A stretch of DNA of 62,953 nt, filler included, from Choristocarpus tenellus KU-1152 (lineage: Eukaryota > Protista > Phaeophyceae), in NCBI GenBank assembly GCA_964200185.2. It is 9 parts of 9 records of this genome, joined end to end, with 100 filler letters (N's around TTAATTAATTAA, not from the genome) between each part and the next. Parts side by side here need not be neighbours in the genome. Positions count along the whole stretch, not along the records: positions 33,307 to 40,118 come from CAXNAD020007294.1; positions 40,219 to 43,016 come from CAXNAD020024667.1; positions 43,117 to 46,806 come from CAXNAD020018497.1; positions 46,907 to 54,024 come from CAXNAD020006664.1; 5 more parts are not named here. One strand, 5' to 3'. A program made the translations under genes and the position numbers. Of the stretch, positions 36,440-48,050 are shown piece after piece; positions within the stretch are counted from its first letter, which is position 1, and every line of letters starts with the position of its first letter. The notes below the pieces were generated by a model, which was not told where the DNA came from, did no database searches, and was given only the letters and a program-made list of their open reading frames with translations.

Positions 36440-39400
36440 GAGAAAGTCAATTCAATATTATGGGAACTCTATAAAAGTAACCATTTAGACTGCTAAAGGA
36501 ATGAAACCTTAATTCATGAACATCATTCGGCAATAATATGTTTCTTGGGGTGATTCGTATGGTAATATCTCGCATTCACAGCCTGCTCATCATCATCACT
36601 CATCACTCCTAACATCTGTGAGAACTGTGAACACCATGAGAAAACAAACGTTCGGCACAGATAATTGAACCGGTAACAGCATTTAGTAGTGATAGGGATG
36701 ACAATAGTGGTACCAAACACTGGCAGTCATGCATCAAGAGGGCACCAACACCAGGCTAGGTCGACGGCTCCATGCATCAAGTCAAACTCTGCAGAGTGTT
36801 GAGCTTGGCACATACACTGACAGTACTTGCACACGCTCAAAAGCACTATATGTTGTGGCAGATATTATTGGGAAACGAAAGAGACTCAATACTGAAGTAT
36901 CTCCAATCTTCCTGTTCTTCAAAATCACGGAGAACACCCAAAGCCCCCAACGCACAGTCCCGGGTTGTGTTGCATGCTCAGAGGAAAGGGGGTAAGGGAA
37001 AGAAAGCAAAAGAAGGAAAAAATACATGCGGTTCAAGGTTGATGAGGGGCAAACAGGGCAACAAAAATCTTTGTTGTAAGTCATCCTCGCCGCTCACACA
37101 AGCACAAGTTTGACGTCCACAAGAGGGAAAGCAACCGTTTGAGGGTGAGTAAGAATACCAAAGCTGGAGCTCTTAAAACATAGGGGTACTATCTTTTGAG
37201 TCATTGATACGATACAGCTCATACTGATTTATTCGCACATCAGCACTGATCGCTACTCGCGTTTATATCATTGGTATATACCTCACCATAGGATGTTTTT
37301 TTTTTGTTATACCCTCCTACATCTTGTAGATTCGTCAGGGGAAAAAACATTGAAAACCGTTCAAATGTCAGAATCCCTAAAAAAGTAAAAATGTTGTCGC
37401 AAATGTGAAAGCCATTCTTCTATTTACTACTTTATTACGAGCTATGATGCTATACCGCTGCTCTCCTGTGCCTCCAACATAGCTTAGTCCTGCACCCCAG
37501 AGTGAGGAGCTAGGGAAGTATCCCAAGAATTTATCAAGCCCTCCTTGCCCATCTTCCTGGTATCTCCAGGTTAAAACACATGATACGTCTAGATAGAGGT
37601 ACTTGTAATTTGACAGACAATATTTGCCGTAGACGGGATTTGATAGTCCCCATCCTGCTGTAATCTCCTGTTCTCCCCCTATCACATGTGTAGCCAACTC
37701 ATCCAGAAACCTTCCTAAAACTTTCCACAGCGGAAGGTGTTGAGGTTATAGCTACGAGGACAAAAAGAGCCCTGGTAGTGGGTGCGCTTTGGAGCCTCCG
37801 CTTCAGTGACAGCTTCACCATAAAATAATCAATCACCATTATAACCACATGGTGGATACCAAGTATGGAATAGACGACATCTATCAGATATACAAAAGAA
37901 TATTATCTCCCATATTAGTTGTCGCAGATATTGATTCAATTTTCTTTACATTGACATCTAAACCTTCTATCTCTTATATTAATTATTATTTCTTCTTTGG
38001 TTGTGTTAACCCCACTTAGATGTCGAGTTCACTCTATACAACGAAATGTATTCCATACATAATAACTGGGAACCTGTTTCGGGTAAATTTCTGTTTGAAA
38101 AAATATATTGCTTCTTGTTTCCTGTTGTTTCCTGTTGTTTCCTATTTTGTCTATATTTATCCCTTTTGAATTTTGATCTTTTGATTATATACTATCTTTC
38201 AAACAATCATGATTTGTAAACTTTAAAATTTAAGTATATTTGACATTTGACCTGTATATTGGAACTTTCAAATGTTATGGGGGCTAGTTCTGTGTGATGG
38301 GGAGTGATGAGAACCATCAGAGATGAGATTCAGAAAGGAATTGAGAGATGAGACAGAGACATACATGGTGGGCGTATGTTGACAGGCATAGAGTGGTATG
38401 TGCATCAATCTCCACTGTGATTGGTTGTGACCAGTCAGAACAGAAAACACAATTTCGGGTAATAATCCTGGTTTGATTCCACCATTCATGTCAGGGTTTC
38501 CGCGAGCCAGTCGTGCGTACGACCCACACCATATGACTTGGAGTGGTCTTAATGGTAAAAGGTGGCGCGCGAAAATGTATATGACTGCGCGCAATATCCT
38601 CATCAGTGTCAAAAGATCCCAAAAAGGGGATCGGTTTTTGACATAACATATAATTCATGAAGTTTATCTTCTCTCTACTGTACCCCTATAGTATAGTATC
38701 AATTTAATTTTTTTCTTGTCACTGCCATGGTACAGGTGACATCTTCAAAGAGATTGCTCGGTTCGTGTCTGAACATGTCATATCCGAATCTAGGCACAAC
38801 AGACTCAACAGTAAATTTGTCATCGAGAGACCTATTGATTGTCAAGTAAAGATGAGGAGACTGTAGGAAACGTGATTCATATGAGTGACCTCGCCATCCT
38901 ATGCCACTTGACACACCCAACAACGTTCAACGAGATGCTTCTCAAGCTGTATGCAGTGGTTCAAAGCAGCAGTGCTCACAAGTTGCGTGTGCAACGTAAA
39001 GAGTACTTGAGGTTCGGATATTCAGGACCTTTTTGTAGGTTCCAACGTGACCCCACCAGTATTGCTGCAGTCGAGTATTGGATTGGTACTTTAATTGAGT
39101 ATGATTTAAGGGAATTTTTCGGATGTCGAGCAACTTTCCCTGGGAGCTGCACCTTTTTCTGGGCAGTACATCCATTCAGACATGTAGATCTGGGTTCAGA
39201 AGATAAGTTGAGGATTGTCCTGTCTCCTGTCCCGTCATCCATTTTGTTGTTATTTGAGGAACACTTACTAATAACTACTGAACATGTAACTTCCAATTTT
39301 TGTGTATGATTTTATTATATTTTAGTTGTAGTAGTTTTAGTGATACATGAAACAACTATGGTGATATAATTTGATTATTTTTTTTATTTTTTTCAAAACA

Positions 39401-39916
39401 TTTTTTCCAACTATATTTTTTTGCATTTTAGTGTTCATTATCTCAATATTTCTGTGTGCCACTTCCTATGCTCTGTGTGCCGTATACAGGTACTCTAGAA
39501 GCTTTATGGATGAGGAGGTACAGCCATATGACGCTTTTCCCTGCTGACCAGAGAGCAAACGTCCTCATCTCCCTCTGTAAGCTAAAAATACCTGCAATAA
39601 TGTGCACTGCACATAAGCTGAACACTTCTGTTACGTGAGAAGTCGGTATCAACAGTACTAAAAAGGCGGGGGAAAACAAGGCAGCTAGGAAACTGGTGAA
39701 AAGAAGATATGCAATGGCGGGAGGATTTAGAAATTTGGCAGTCAACAATGATGCCCTGCACAATGCTCAAGACTATTTGTGTGCGGAGGACCAACTTAAG
39801 GGGGGCATCCTCGAGCTGAACGGTGAAGTTGAAGTAGTGGAAGACAAATTTTCCGTCAAAGAGGACCTACAAGAAAGGAGTGTGAAAGAGAAGAACCTCA
39901 ACGTTATGCTTCCTCA

Positions 39917-40118
39917 GGCTCAGAGTTTCTGGAGGGGAGTGCCAACTATCCATTCGGAGCCAACTGTTCCATATCGCCATTTTTGGGTGAATTGGTTGCA
40001 TGCGTCGGATGGATAATGGAAATTTTCTTCTCCTGGTCAGAGTCCGAATGGACATCCTGGTGTAGACCCCCCCCCCCCACCCCCACCTTGTCGTAACACC
40101 CCATTTTGGTAGTACGGG
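39917..40118. mobile_element. MITE family B diverged copy, truncated at contig end
   Basis: Reverse-complement similarity to 56341-56516 (GGTGTAGACCCCCC, TTTTTGGGTGAATTGGTTGCATGCGTCGGAT). Confidence 0.7.
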
Positions 40119-40931
40119 NNNNNNNNNNNNNNNNNNNNNNNNNNNNNNNNNNNNNNNNNNNNTTAATTAATTAANNNNNNNNNNNNNNNNNNNNNNNNNN
40201 NNNNNNNNNNNNNNNNNNCATATGTTCCTCTTCGCTCCCCCCCCCCCTGAGACATCCGACTGTGCTGTTGTTGTTGTTCCTGTTGTTGCTGCTGGTGCTG
40301 GTGCTCCTGCTGGGAACTTTGTCTTAAATAAAATGTAAGGGTCCAACACATGAATTGCAGAGCCACGGGAGGGTTAGGGATAGCAGGAAGTGGAAGGCCT
40401 CGAGAAACTCGTGCCAGTATGCCACTCTGAAATCTACATCAATTATGCTTGCTTCCCCCCTGGTAAAGGTATTACACCGGCAGTGCCTTGCATCAGCAAT
40501 ACCCTGCCAAAGACATAACAATAGACCAGGCGTAGGCAGAGCACCAGCTGCTGCAAGGAATTGTTCCAACTCTCAAATAAACACTCATCCCTCTGGTGTC
40601 AAGAGCACCACCGATTGGAGTATGTAGTGGATGAACTGATGTGCAACAAGATTCTTCTTTTTTGCAGGTGCTCTGGAACGGACTTTATTTTGCTTTTTAC
40701 GGGTTATGAAACGATGATGCTGCTATGGGAGAGATGGTGGATGTCGCCGGTCAAAAAATATATCCTGTTGGCTTAACACGTGCAAAAGGTGTACCCCAGT
40801 GTGAAAGTGCAAAATTGCTTGAGAACTTGAGAGTTAGTTCCTAACCCAAAAAACAATCGATGTATATGTACTTGAGAGTGCTCTGGAGTAACAGTTTGCA
40901 CCAGATGGACCCCATGCTATGAGGTACCCAC

Positions 40932-42146
40932 CTGACAAAACGCCCAATCCTAGGAACTCCCCCGTTGGGTGGGTTGGGTTCAGATAAGAGATGGCCTTCT
41001 TCTCCCCGACTTCCATTCCGCTCCCTGGTACCTGGTCCTTCTCCTCTTCCTCCTCCTCCTTCTTGCCTTCCTGCCCCGCCTCCACCATAACATCGGCCTG
41101 CCTGTAAGGCCTCTTGACTGTGGCGTCATGCCAAGATTTTAGAAATATGTATGTTGAAAAGATTGAGCGGGTTAAGGAGGTTGCATGGGAGGGCGTGCAT
41201 CCTGTTGACTGAATCTAAACATATGCTAGTATAATCTGTTTGTCAATTTCTACTTATTTTACCCAGTCACCTGCTCTCTCCCTAATGCTTCTAATGAGCC
41301 TCTGTTCTCTACAATGACCCAAAGCATTTAAGAGGGTAGGAGGTTTGTCCTGTTTGTCCGTGAGGGGCTTGGCTTCCCACAGGTGTTTTGTGCCCTTTTT
41401 CGGTTGTCTGTGTGAACACAGTTACCTAATACGTATACGACTATGAAAGGTGGTGTGTCCAGAGTAAGGATATTGACACTTGCTAACAAACTTGATAGCC
41501 AAAATTCATCAAAATTGTAACATAGAATTTATGACCCCGAATGGACCCGGTCCTACTCTCTTAAATACTTTGGGTCAACAGCATGATCCGTGTTCCTATA
41601 ATTCGGGTATTAGAAGGTTAATAGTGTTGTGACCAGGGATATCACATATAATAAATATGGAACAGCTTTTATAGCCACACTGGGCAGGAAGGGAAGTGCT
41701 CCGTAGCATCTACTGTAGTGACTACAACAACACACCCAAAACAATGTTCGATATACGCCACAGGGGGTCGTTAAAAAAAACACCCTTTAAATCCTATCCA
41801 ATACTCATATCTCCCCTCTATCCAAATCCAGGATCAACCTCACCCCCACCACCACTCTACAAACCTATCTCCCTCTAAGCTTCTGTCTCGTCTGTCACGC
41901 TCCACACTAGCCCTGGTAGTGCACTCCCCCATCCCTGAGATCCTCCGTTCCCCATCTATGTCCCTCCTGCGATCTTGCCGGTCACGCTCCCTCTCCCTCC
42001 CTCTGTCCCATTCCCCTTCCCTGTCAGCATCCCGATCTCGGTCCCTAACCCTTCCCCTGTCACGATCACGGTCTCTTTCCCGCTCTTTTTCTTTTTCTTT
42101 ATCTTTATCTTTATCTCGATCTTGGCGGTCTCTCTCTCTCCCCCTG
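40932..42146 (-). CDS. Two internal exons (42146-41865, 41101-40932) of an unidentified protein with an RD/RE-dipeptide region
   Basis: Phase-2 compatible GT-AG junction joins RGRERDRQDRDKDKDKEKEKERERDRD...SLEGDR to QADVMVEAGQEGKKEEEEEEKDQVPG...YLNPTHPTGEFLGLGVLS. Confidence 0.5.
41316..41576. mobile_element. MITE family A diverged copy (intronic)
   Basis: GACCCAAAGCATTTAAGAGGGTA...TACTCTCTTAAATACTTTGGGTC. Confidence 0.8.
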
Positions 42147-42680
42147 CTGTGGATTGTGAAGGTGTTGATCTTAAAGGTGATGATCGTTGAGATAGCACAG
42201 ATGAAGACAATGTTAATGAAGGTAACGTTCATAAAGATGATAATAAATATATTGATTGTAAAGATAATGATGATAAATTTATTGATTGTAAAGATGGCCA
42301 GAAAGATAATGATTGTAAAAGATATATGTACTAAAGGAGAATGGAATAATGAAAATGATACTAAAAAATAACATTCTTGAAGACAACGTTTGTCAAGATA
42401 TTGGCCATGAAGATAATCAAAGCAAAGACAATGACAGTAAAGATAACAATATCAAGATAAAGATGAGAATTATCAAGATAAAGATAACTAAAGAAACAAA
42501 TAGACAAGACAATAATAAGAAACATAACAATTAATTATTCAAGCCATGCCAATCATAGTTAAGGCGATTGTATCTTCCTACCAGTGAAGCAGTGTTGCTT
42601 TTTGCAAATATTGTCAGCTATTGATTCTTTCTACACTGGAGGTGGTTGACCCAGAATGCCCTGTCTTTTCTGATTAAAAG

Positions 42681-43016
42681 GAGCCAAAGTATCTTAAATG
42701 GTAGGGCTGCGTCCATTTGGGGGCCAAAATCCAATGTTGCAATTTTGATGTAATTTCGGCTATCATGTTTGTTAGGAAGTGTCAATATCCGTGTTCAGGA
42801 TACACCTTTTCATAACGTATACATTTTTCGTACTCCAAAACATTTTGAAGTAGGAAAATGTCATTAAAAAACCTATGGGATGCCAAGCCCCAAATGGACA
42901 GACAGGGGAAATCTCGCACCCTCTAAGATACTTTCACTCTTGACTCAAAGTATATGGGGGGGGGGGGTAGTGGTGGTTGTCCATTTGGGGTCAATTTTTT
43001 CATGTCGCGATTTTGG
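42681..43016. mobile_element. MITE family A copy (42681-42939) abutting a family B start (42942-43016)
   Basis: GAGCCAAAGTATCTT...AAGATACTTTCACTC, then TT, then GACTCAAAGTATATGGGGGG. Another partial family A end lies at 43117-43195. Confidence 0.85.
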
Positions 43017-43432
43017 NNNNNNNNNNNNNNNNNNNNNNNNNNNNNNNNNNNNNNNNNNNNTTAATTAATTAANNNNNNNNNNNNNNNNNNNNNNNNNNNN
43101 NNNNNNNNNNNNNNNNATAAGAAAACCCATGGGAAGCCAAGCCCCACAAATGAGCAAACAGGGAAAAATTCGTACCCTCTAAGATAGTTTCACTCAGAAA
43201 CGAGGTGGAGACTGACCAAGATCGTTGTCTACAGTTGAAGGAAACGATTTGCTATTCCCGCTATTTGCAACGAAAGACTAGAACTGACAAAACAGCTAAG
43301 TTTGTAGTATGGAAGGCAACTCTGTCGCCAAAGATGACGAAGAAGACCCACAACCAATCCTACCAAGCATCAACTATTTTTTTCGGTACAAGCCATTTCA
43401 GCTGTAATTATGAACACAGGAGGCACACTCAC

Positions 43433-45742
43433 GGCTCTGATCCGTTGCAGAGGTTTCAATTCGACTATCGTGGAGATGTTTGCCCTCAGTTGGAGGATGG
43501 GCCCCGCCTGTTGGTCGCCAGATGAAACCTTCTGCAGGAGTTGGGCCACTTCCCTCTTCCTCTCCTCGTAGTGGCGCTTGACCCAGAGCTCGTGCATACC
43601 GCACTTCTCGTATGCGAGCCTATCCATTTCCCTGGTAGCCTGTACATCATTCATGTAACGTCCGGAATTCAGGGCGGTTTTGCAATAGTCAATAAGTACG
43701 GTGCAGAAAAAGACGCTCACGGTGTATTTTACAATGTAGGTGCGTATGGCGACGTATCGGTGCGCAGGAGATACGGAAAAGGCAAAAAAAGATAACAGCT
43801 GCAACTGCACAATTTACCAACCTTGGGAGCTCTGGTGTCCACTTCTCCTTGGGCACAATCTGCCTGGTGCGCGAGACAAGCATCTCAGACATGTGTGCGT
43901 CCGATTCGATCTCCTCGTGGTCCCTCGCCGTAGGAGGCTTCCCGTAGAACGACTTGTATCTGCTAAAATAGAATTGCCACAAAGGACATCAAGGAGAACG
44001 ATGCGCAGGTTATGAAGAGGAAAGGGTCGCCACTGCAGCAAATATTCATCACTCGATTGTCGTACTTCCTAAAAGACAAGAGCGCACATACACAGGCAAC
44101 ACGCACTGTAGAATTACCAGAACACTACGAAGGGATTTTCGTTTGACACAGCAATGGCCGACTACATTCTTCATCGTAGGAGACACTTATTTCGCGTTCC
44201 TGTGCAATGTGCTGCGACCTGCATAAAGTGTGCTTACTGCTGCCTACACGATAAAACACGGTGGCGTTTTGACTTGCCTAGTAAGCAGGTGGATGCATAG
44301 CCCCTGCTTGAGAGAAGTGAAGCCGGCAAACTCCTCGGTCGTCAGATAGTTTAGTGAGATTGCATTGAGATCAATCTGTAGCGACGAGGATTCACACACT
44401 TCCTTCAGTACCTCAAAGGACTCTGGTTGAAGGGAGTCTACGCCTTGCTGCCATTTTCGTAGAGTTGATTTCGACGGGGTAGTAACGCCCACCTTCGCGA
44501 CGGGCAGAAAACGGAAAACATTATGCACCCAGCCAGCAAGGATGAGGTATCGTTATTGCCACGCCAACGCGGTATATATGTGTGTGTGTGGGGGGGGGGA
44601 GTTTCAAGCAACACCGTCGATAAAACAATCAAGAAATAATAATTATTGCACGTCTGTGGTTAACCGCACATACATACTACATGATCACCCGAAGATCAAT
44701 AACTTGGTTGACAGGGTATCTAAACGCGGGATAACTATGTCAACTTAGGTTGAATAGTTCGACACAGGGATATCTCGCAACAGCTGTAACCCAACTAGAG
44801 GAGGAGTAGGGCGCAACCATCCCACCGATGTCGACAACACTCTCACCTTTTGGTACATTCTGCGGATCTCTCCTAGTGACACTTCTTTCTTCTTTGTCTG
44901 TCGCTTGATAGCTTCTTGGAGCTTGTGCTGAAAATATATCTTATCATATAACGTGCGCTCAACCACACTCTCTGTCGAGTCGTTGAATGCTATAAGCATG
45001 GCGGTGCAGTGGGCGAACGGGACAAGGGTTAGGTGGGGAACGATCGCGGGACACACGCGGCCTGCGGCACCGAGAAACATGTTGCTGTGGACAGGAATAC
45101 CACGAGGGATAAAAAAGATGAGAAACGAAAATACCCACAATGGGCTGACTGACAATGAACATAGCAAGGGAAACTCGACAACAACTTCGTATATCAGAAA
45201 AGTCATCAGGTGATCACGGAACAACGAAAACACTACATTCCTTCGGTGCTTAGTTGATCAGAACGGTCAGGCGATTATGGAAAACAAAAACAGTCCATCA
45301 CCCACCGTTGGCAATTAGCCTCTCTTCCGTGCTCGAACTCCATGTAGATCTGCACGGTGAAAGCGTGCTCAGGATCAAACACTCTCTTTAGCACCGTTAC
45401 TCTATGGTTTCCGTCCAATACATCCCCTTCAATGGCAAGCGCAGTTTCGGCGTTTAGCTCATCCATATTAGCTAAACTTTCTCGCTGGATGACAACACTT
45501 GGAGCAAACTGATCCAGCCAGCCTTTCTCCTTTATAGACTTATGAACGCGCGCAAGGCCACGCTCGCTTAAAGGACGCACCATATCTGTGCATGTGATGT
45601 GTCCTAGTTTCATCTTGTACGACCCCAGATAATGTTCATCCAATAGCTGGGACATGCCAACAGTGGGTAGGTCCCGCGTTCTGGATTCCAAACTTTTCCC
45701 ATCGACGGGCGGACGGGTTGTTGTTCTTGGAATGTTTGACAT
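43433..45742 (-). CDS. Spliced gene with N-terminal ParB/sulfiredoxin-like domain, probably frameshifted near 45330. Exons: 45742-45306, 44989-44847, 44492-44278 (GC donor), 43959-43818, 43639-43433; 3' end unresolved
   Basis: gccATG start; VRPLSERGLARVHKSIKEKGWLDQFAPSVVI...VLDGNHRVTVLK is a ParB-N-like signature. Exons 2-5 join in phase (AFNDSTESVVERTLYDKI...; VGVTTPSKSTLRKW...; RYKSFYGKPP...; ATREMDRLAYEKCG...). Exon 1 joins exon 2 only after a frame change giving TEERLIAN|AFND. Confidence 0.7.
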
Positions 45743-46084
45743 GGCAAAGATTGGGAGGGTGTGATGGGGATGGGTAAGTAAGAGGTCTGTGTGGTATCTA
45801 CGGAAGGGAAGGAATTGAAATGAGGACTGAGGGATGGGAGGTGCTGTTTTATGTCGTCTGACCTTTTGATCCTCAAACCTCAGATTGCACATTTTTTATG
45901 AGAATTGCGTTACAAAAATACGAATATCAAACAGCATAGGATTTCATATTGAACTGGGACAGAGGGTGTCTGTATTTTCGTGACCTTTTCGTTTCGTACG
46001 TTTCGAACGTATTAGATCAATGAAGGATGTGGTTTGTATCTGTATTTGTTGGTGTAAAGATTAGAATATCATTCTACTTTTGTA

Positions 46085-46397
46085 AAAACCCTAACGCACG
46101 TGTTCTACCTGTTCAACGGAAAAAAGTCTTTACCAGTAACCGCAAATAACATAGACCGCTTTTTTATGTTATCTAGAGTTCATTTAAACCCTAAAGACGT
46201 CAAAAAGTGGATTTAGGGTTTATTTAATTAGTGGGTACCGGTTGGAAGGACTTCTTAGGTTTTCTGAAAGTTGGAAACGTGTGAGACCCCTAAAGTGCGT
46301 TCTTGGTATTAAAAAAAAAACTAAGCACGGTTTTCAGTGGATTTAGTATTTTTTTAAACCCTAGCGCACGTGTAAAGTGGCCTAACCCTTAAAGTGG
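46085..46397. repeat. Cluster of AAACCCTA-like motifs upstream of the ParB-like gene
   Basis: AAACCCTAACGCACGTG (~46087), AAACCCTAAAGACGT (~46186), TTTAGGGTTT (~46212), ACCCCTAAAGTGCGT (~46286), AAACTAAGCACGG (~46318), AAACCCTAGCGCACGTG (~46356), CCTAACCCTTAAAG (~46381). Confidence 0.7.
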
Positions 46398-46466
46398 TTT
46401 GTGGCAACCACTTTTTCGTAAAGAGTCACTTATTATCGACTTGCACGTTTATGACAATCGCTATGT

Positions 46467-46734
46467 GATTCAAAGTATCTTAGAGGTTAGGTTCGAGTCT
46501 GTTTGTTGTCTGTTTGGGGAAAAATCCAATGTTGCGATTTTGATTAAATTTTGGCTATTGTGTATGTTAGGGAGTGTCAATATCCTTGTTCCATACACAC
46601 CTTTTCATAACATAAATATTTCACCTACTCTAAAATATTCCGGAGTAGGAAAATGTCTTTTAAAAAAACGTGGGAAGCCAAGCCCTAAACGGACTAACAG
46701 GGCAAAAATCGTACCCTATAAGATACTTTCACTC
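46467..46734. mobile_element. MITE family A copy with 4-bp TSD ATGT
   Basis: ATGT|GATTCAAAGTATCTTAGAGG...CCCTATAAGATACTTTCACTC|ATGT. Confidence 0.88.
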
Positions 46735-46906
46735 ATGTCCGATTAGGTAAGATTTTGTACTTCAAACATGTAGAGGGTTGGGGTTGTTTTTTGACGTTTT
46801 GGTTACNNNNNNNNNNNNNNNNNNNNNNNNNNNNNNNNNNNNNNNNNNNNTTAATTAATTAANNNNNNNNNNNNNNNNNNNNNNNNNNNNNNNNNNNNNN
46901 NNNNNN

Positions 46907-47125
46907 CCCCCCCTAGCACCCGAAACCAGGGGGTCTGCGCGCCCCCCCGACGAGGGGAGAGGGGGGGGGAGGAGGGGGGGGGGGGGGGGGGGGGGGGGTC
47001 TACACCAGAGTGTCCATTTGATTCATAACAAGGAAAAGTGCCCTTACATTATCCATCCGACTTATACAACCAAATTACCCAAAAATCGCGACATGAAAAA
47101 TTGGCCCCAGGTGGACCGGGACCCT
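46907..47125. mobile_element. MITE family B partial copy with long poly-G at contig start
   Basis: GGGGTCTACACCAGAGTGTCCA...CCCAAAAATCGCGACATGAAAAATTG shared with 56366-56490 and 61620-61730. Confidence 0.7.
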
Positions 47126-47751
47126 GCCTCACAACAGTTGTACTCATACCGACTGTCTAAAGGGGATTTCACCAAGTTAGAAGTCCATAATATCATGGCA
47201 ACACCAAATAAAAATGCGGTCGAAGACAACTACGAGTTTGATGATGCAAAGGCAATACCCAACCTTTTTCTAGATAAGATCTCATCACCTCCACCAAACC
47301 CACCGCAATCCTTACAACTGATTTAGTCGAAGGCATACCCTGGGAGACTCACAGAAGCAAGAAAGGGAGGCGACGGACAAACAAGGGCCCCTTTCCATTT
47401 TGATACACCATTTGGGTATCGGGTTGCGGTTCGGGGCGAAATTGGAGAGGAATATGAAGTATTGATGGAGGTCATAGAGGATAATGCCAGGCAGTACATA
47501 CTCAGAGACTTGATACGTGGCAGCCTTCATGATTTTTCACTAGCCATCTCGATCCTGACAGTCACATTCAACCTGGTTGAAGTTACCCATGGACAGATAA
47601 GTACAGCACGTCGTACTAGTCACCATTTACGTTGAAAATTCTCTCTGCCAAAGACATTGAAGATATCAAATTATTTGAGGCAGATAAAGGAGGGAGACAA
47701 AGCGTAGCTGTGTCTGATTAAAGGGCATTTTTTAAAATACCTTTCCTAGTT

Positions 47752-47840
47752 CATGGAAGACCAGATCCATGCGGAAATTCTGGTCCACCATAAGTGGGCT
47801 ACCGTCCTCCGTAGTGCAAGGGATGTCCATTCCTTTGCTC
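47752..47840 (-). mobile_element. Short fragment of the same CRE-like retrotransposon family
   Basis: Reverse complement of 35645-35730 with substitutions (the RMDLVF region). Confidence 0.8.
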
Positions 47841-48050
47841 AGTCGGTCTCATGTAAATGGAAACACTCCTCGCTCTCACACTCTAGCTATGATGTGCCAC
47901 CGGAGGTGTTCTGCATACCTAGTCGTTTTATTAAAGAAAGAAAGAGAGGCAAAAAGGGACCACCATTAACAGTGTGTTATACTCATTCTCATTATGTTGA
48001 CAGATTTCACACCCCAACCATTGGTCTCTCTTCACTTCAAGCAACCCCTC

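Noticed and set aside
41919-42534. Plus-strand SR-rich and Ile/Met/Lys-rich ORFs
   Set aside because: Antisense shadow of the RD/RE exon and translation of a low-complexity GAT/AAT tract.
33307-46806. Treating the CRE element, decayed ORFs and ParB-like gene as one island
   Set aside because: They are on three different contigs separated by artificial linkers.
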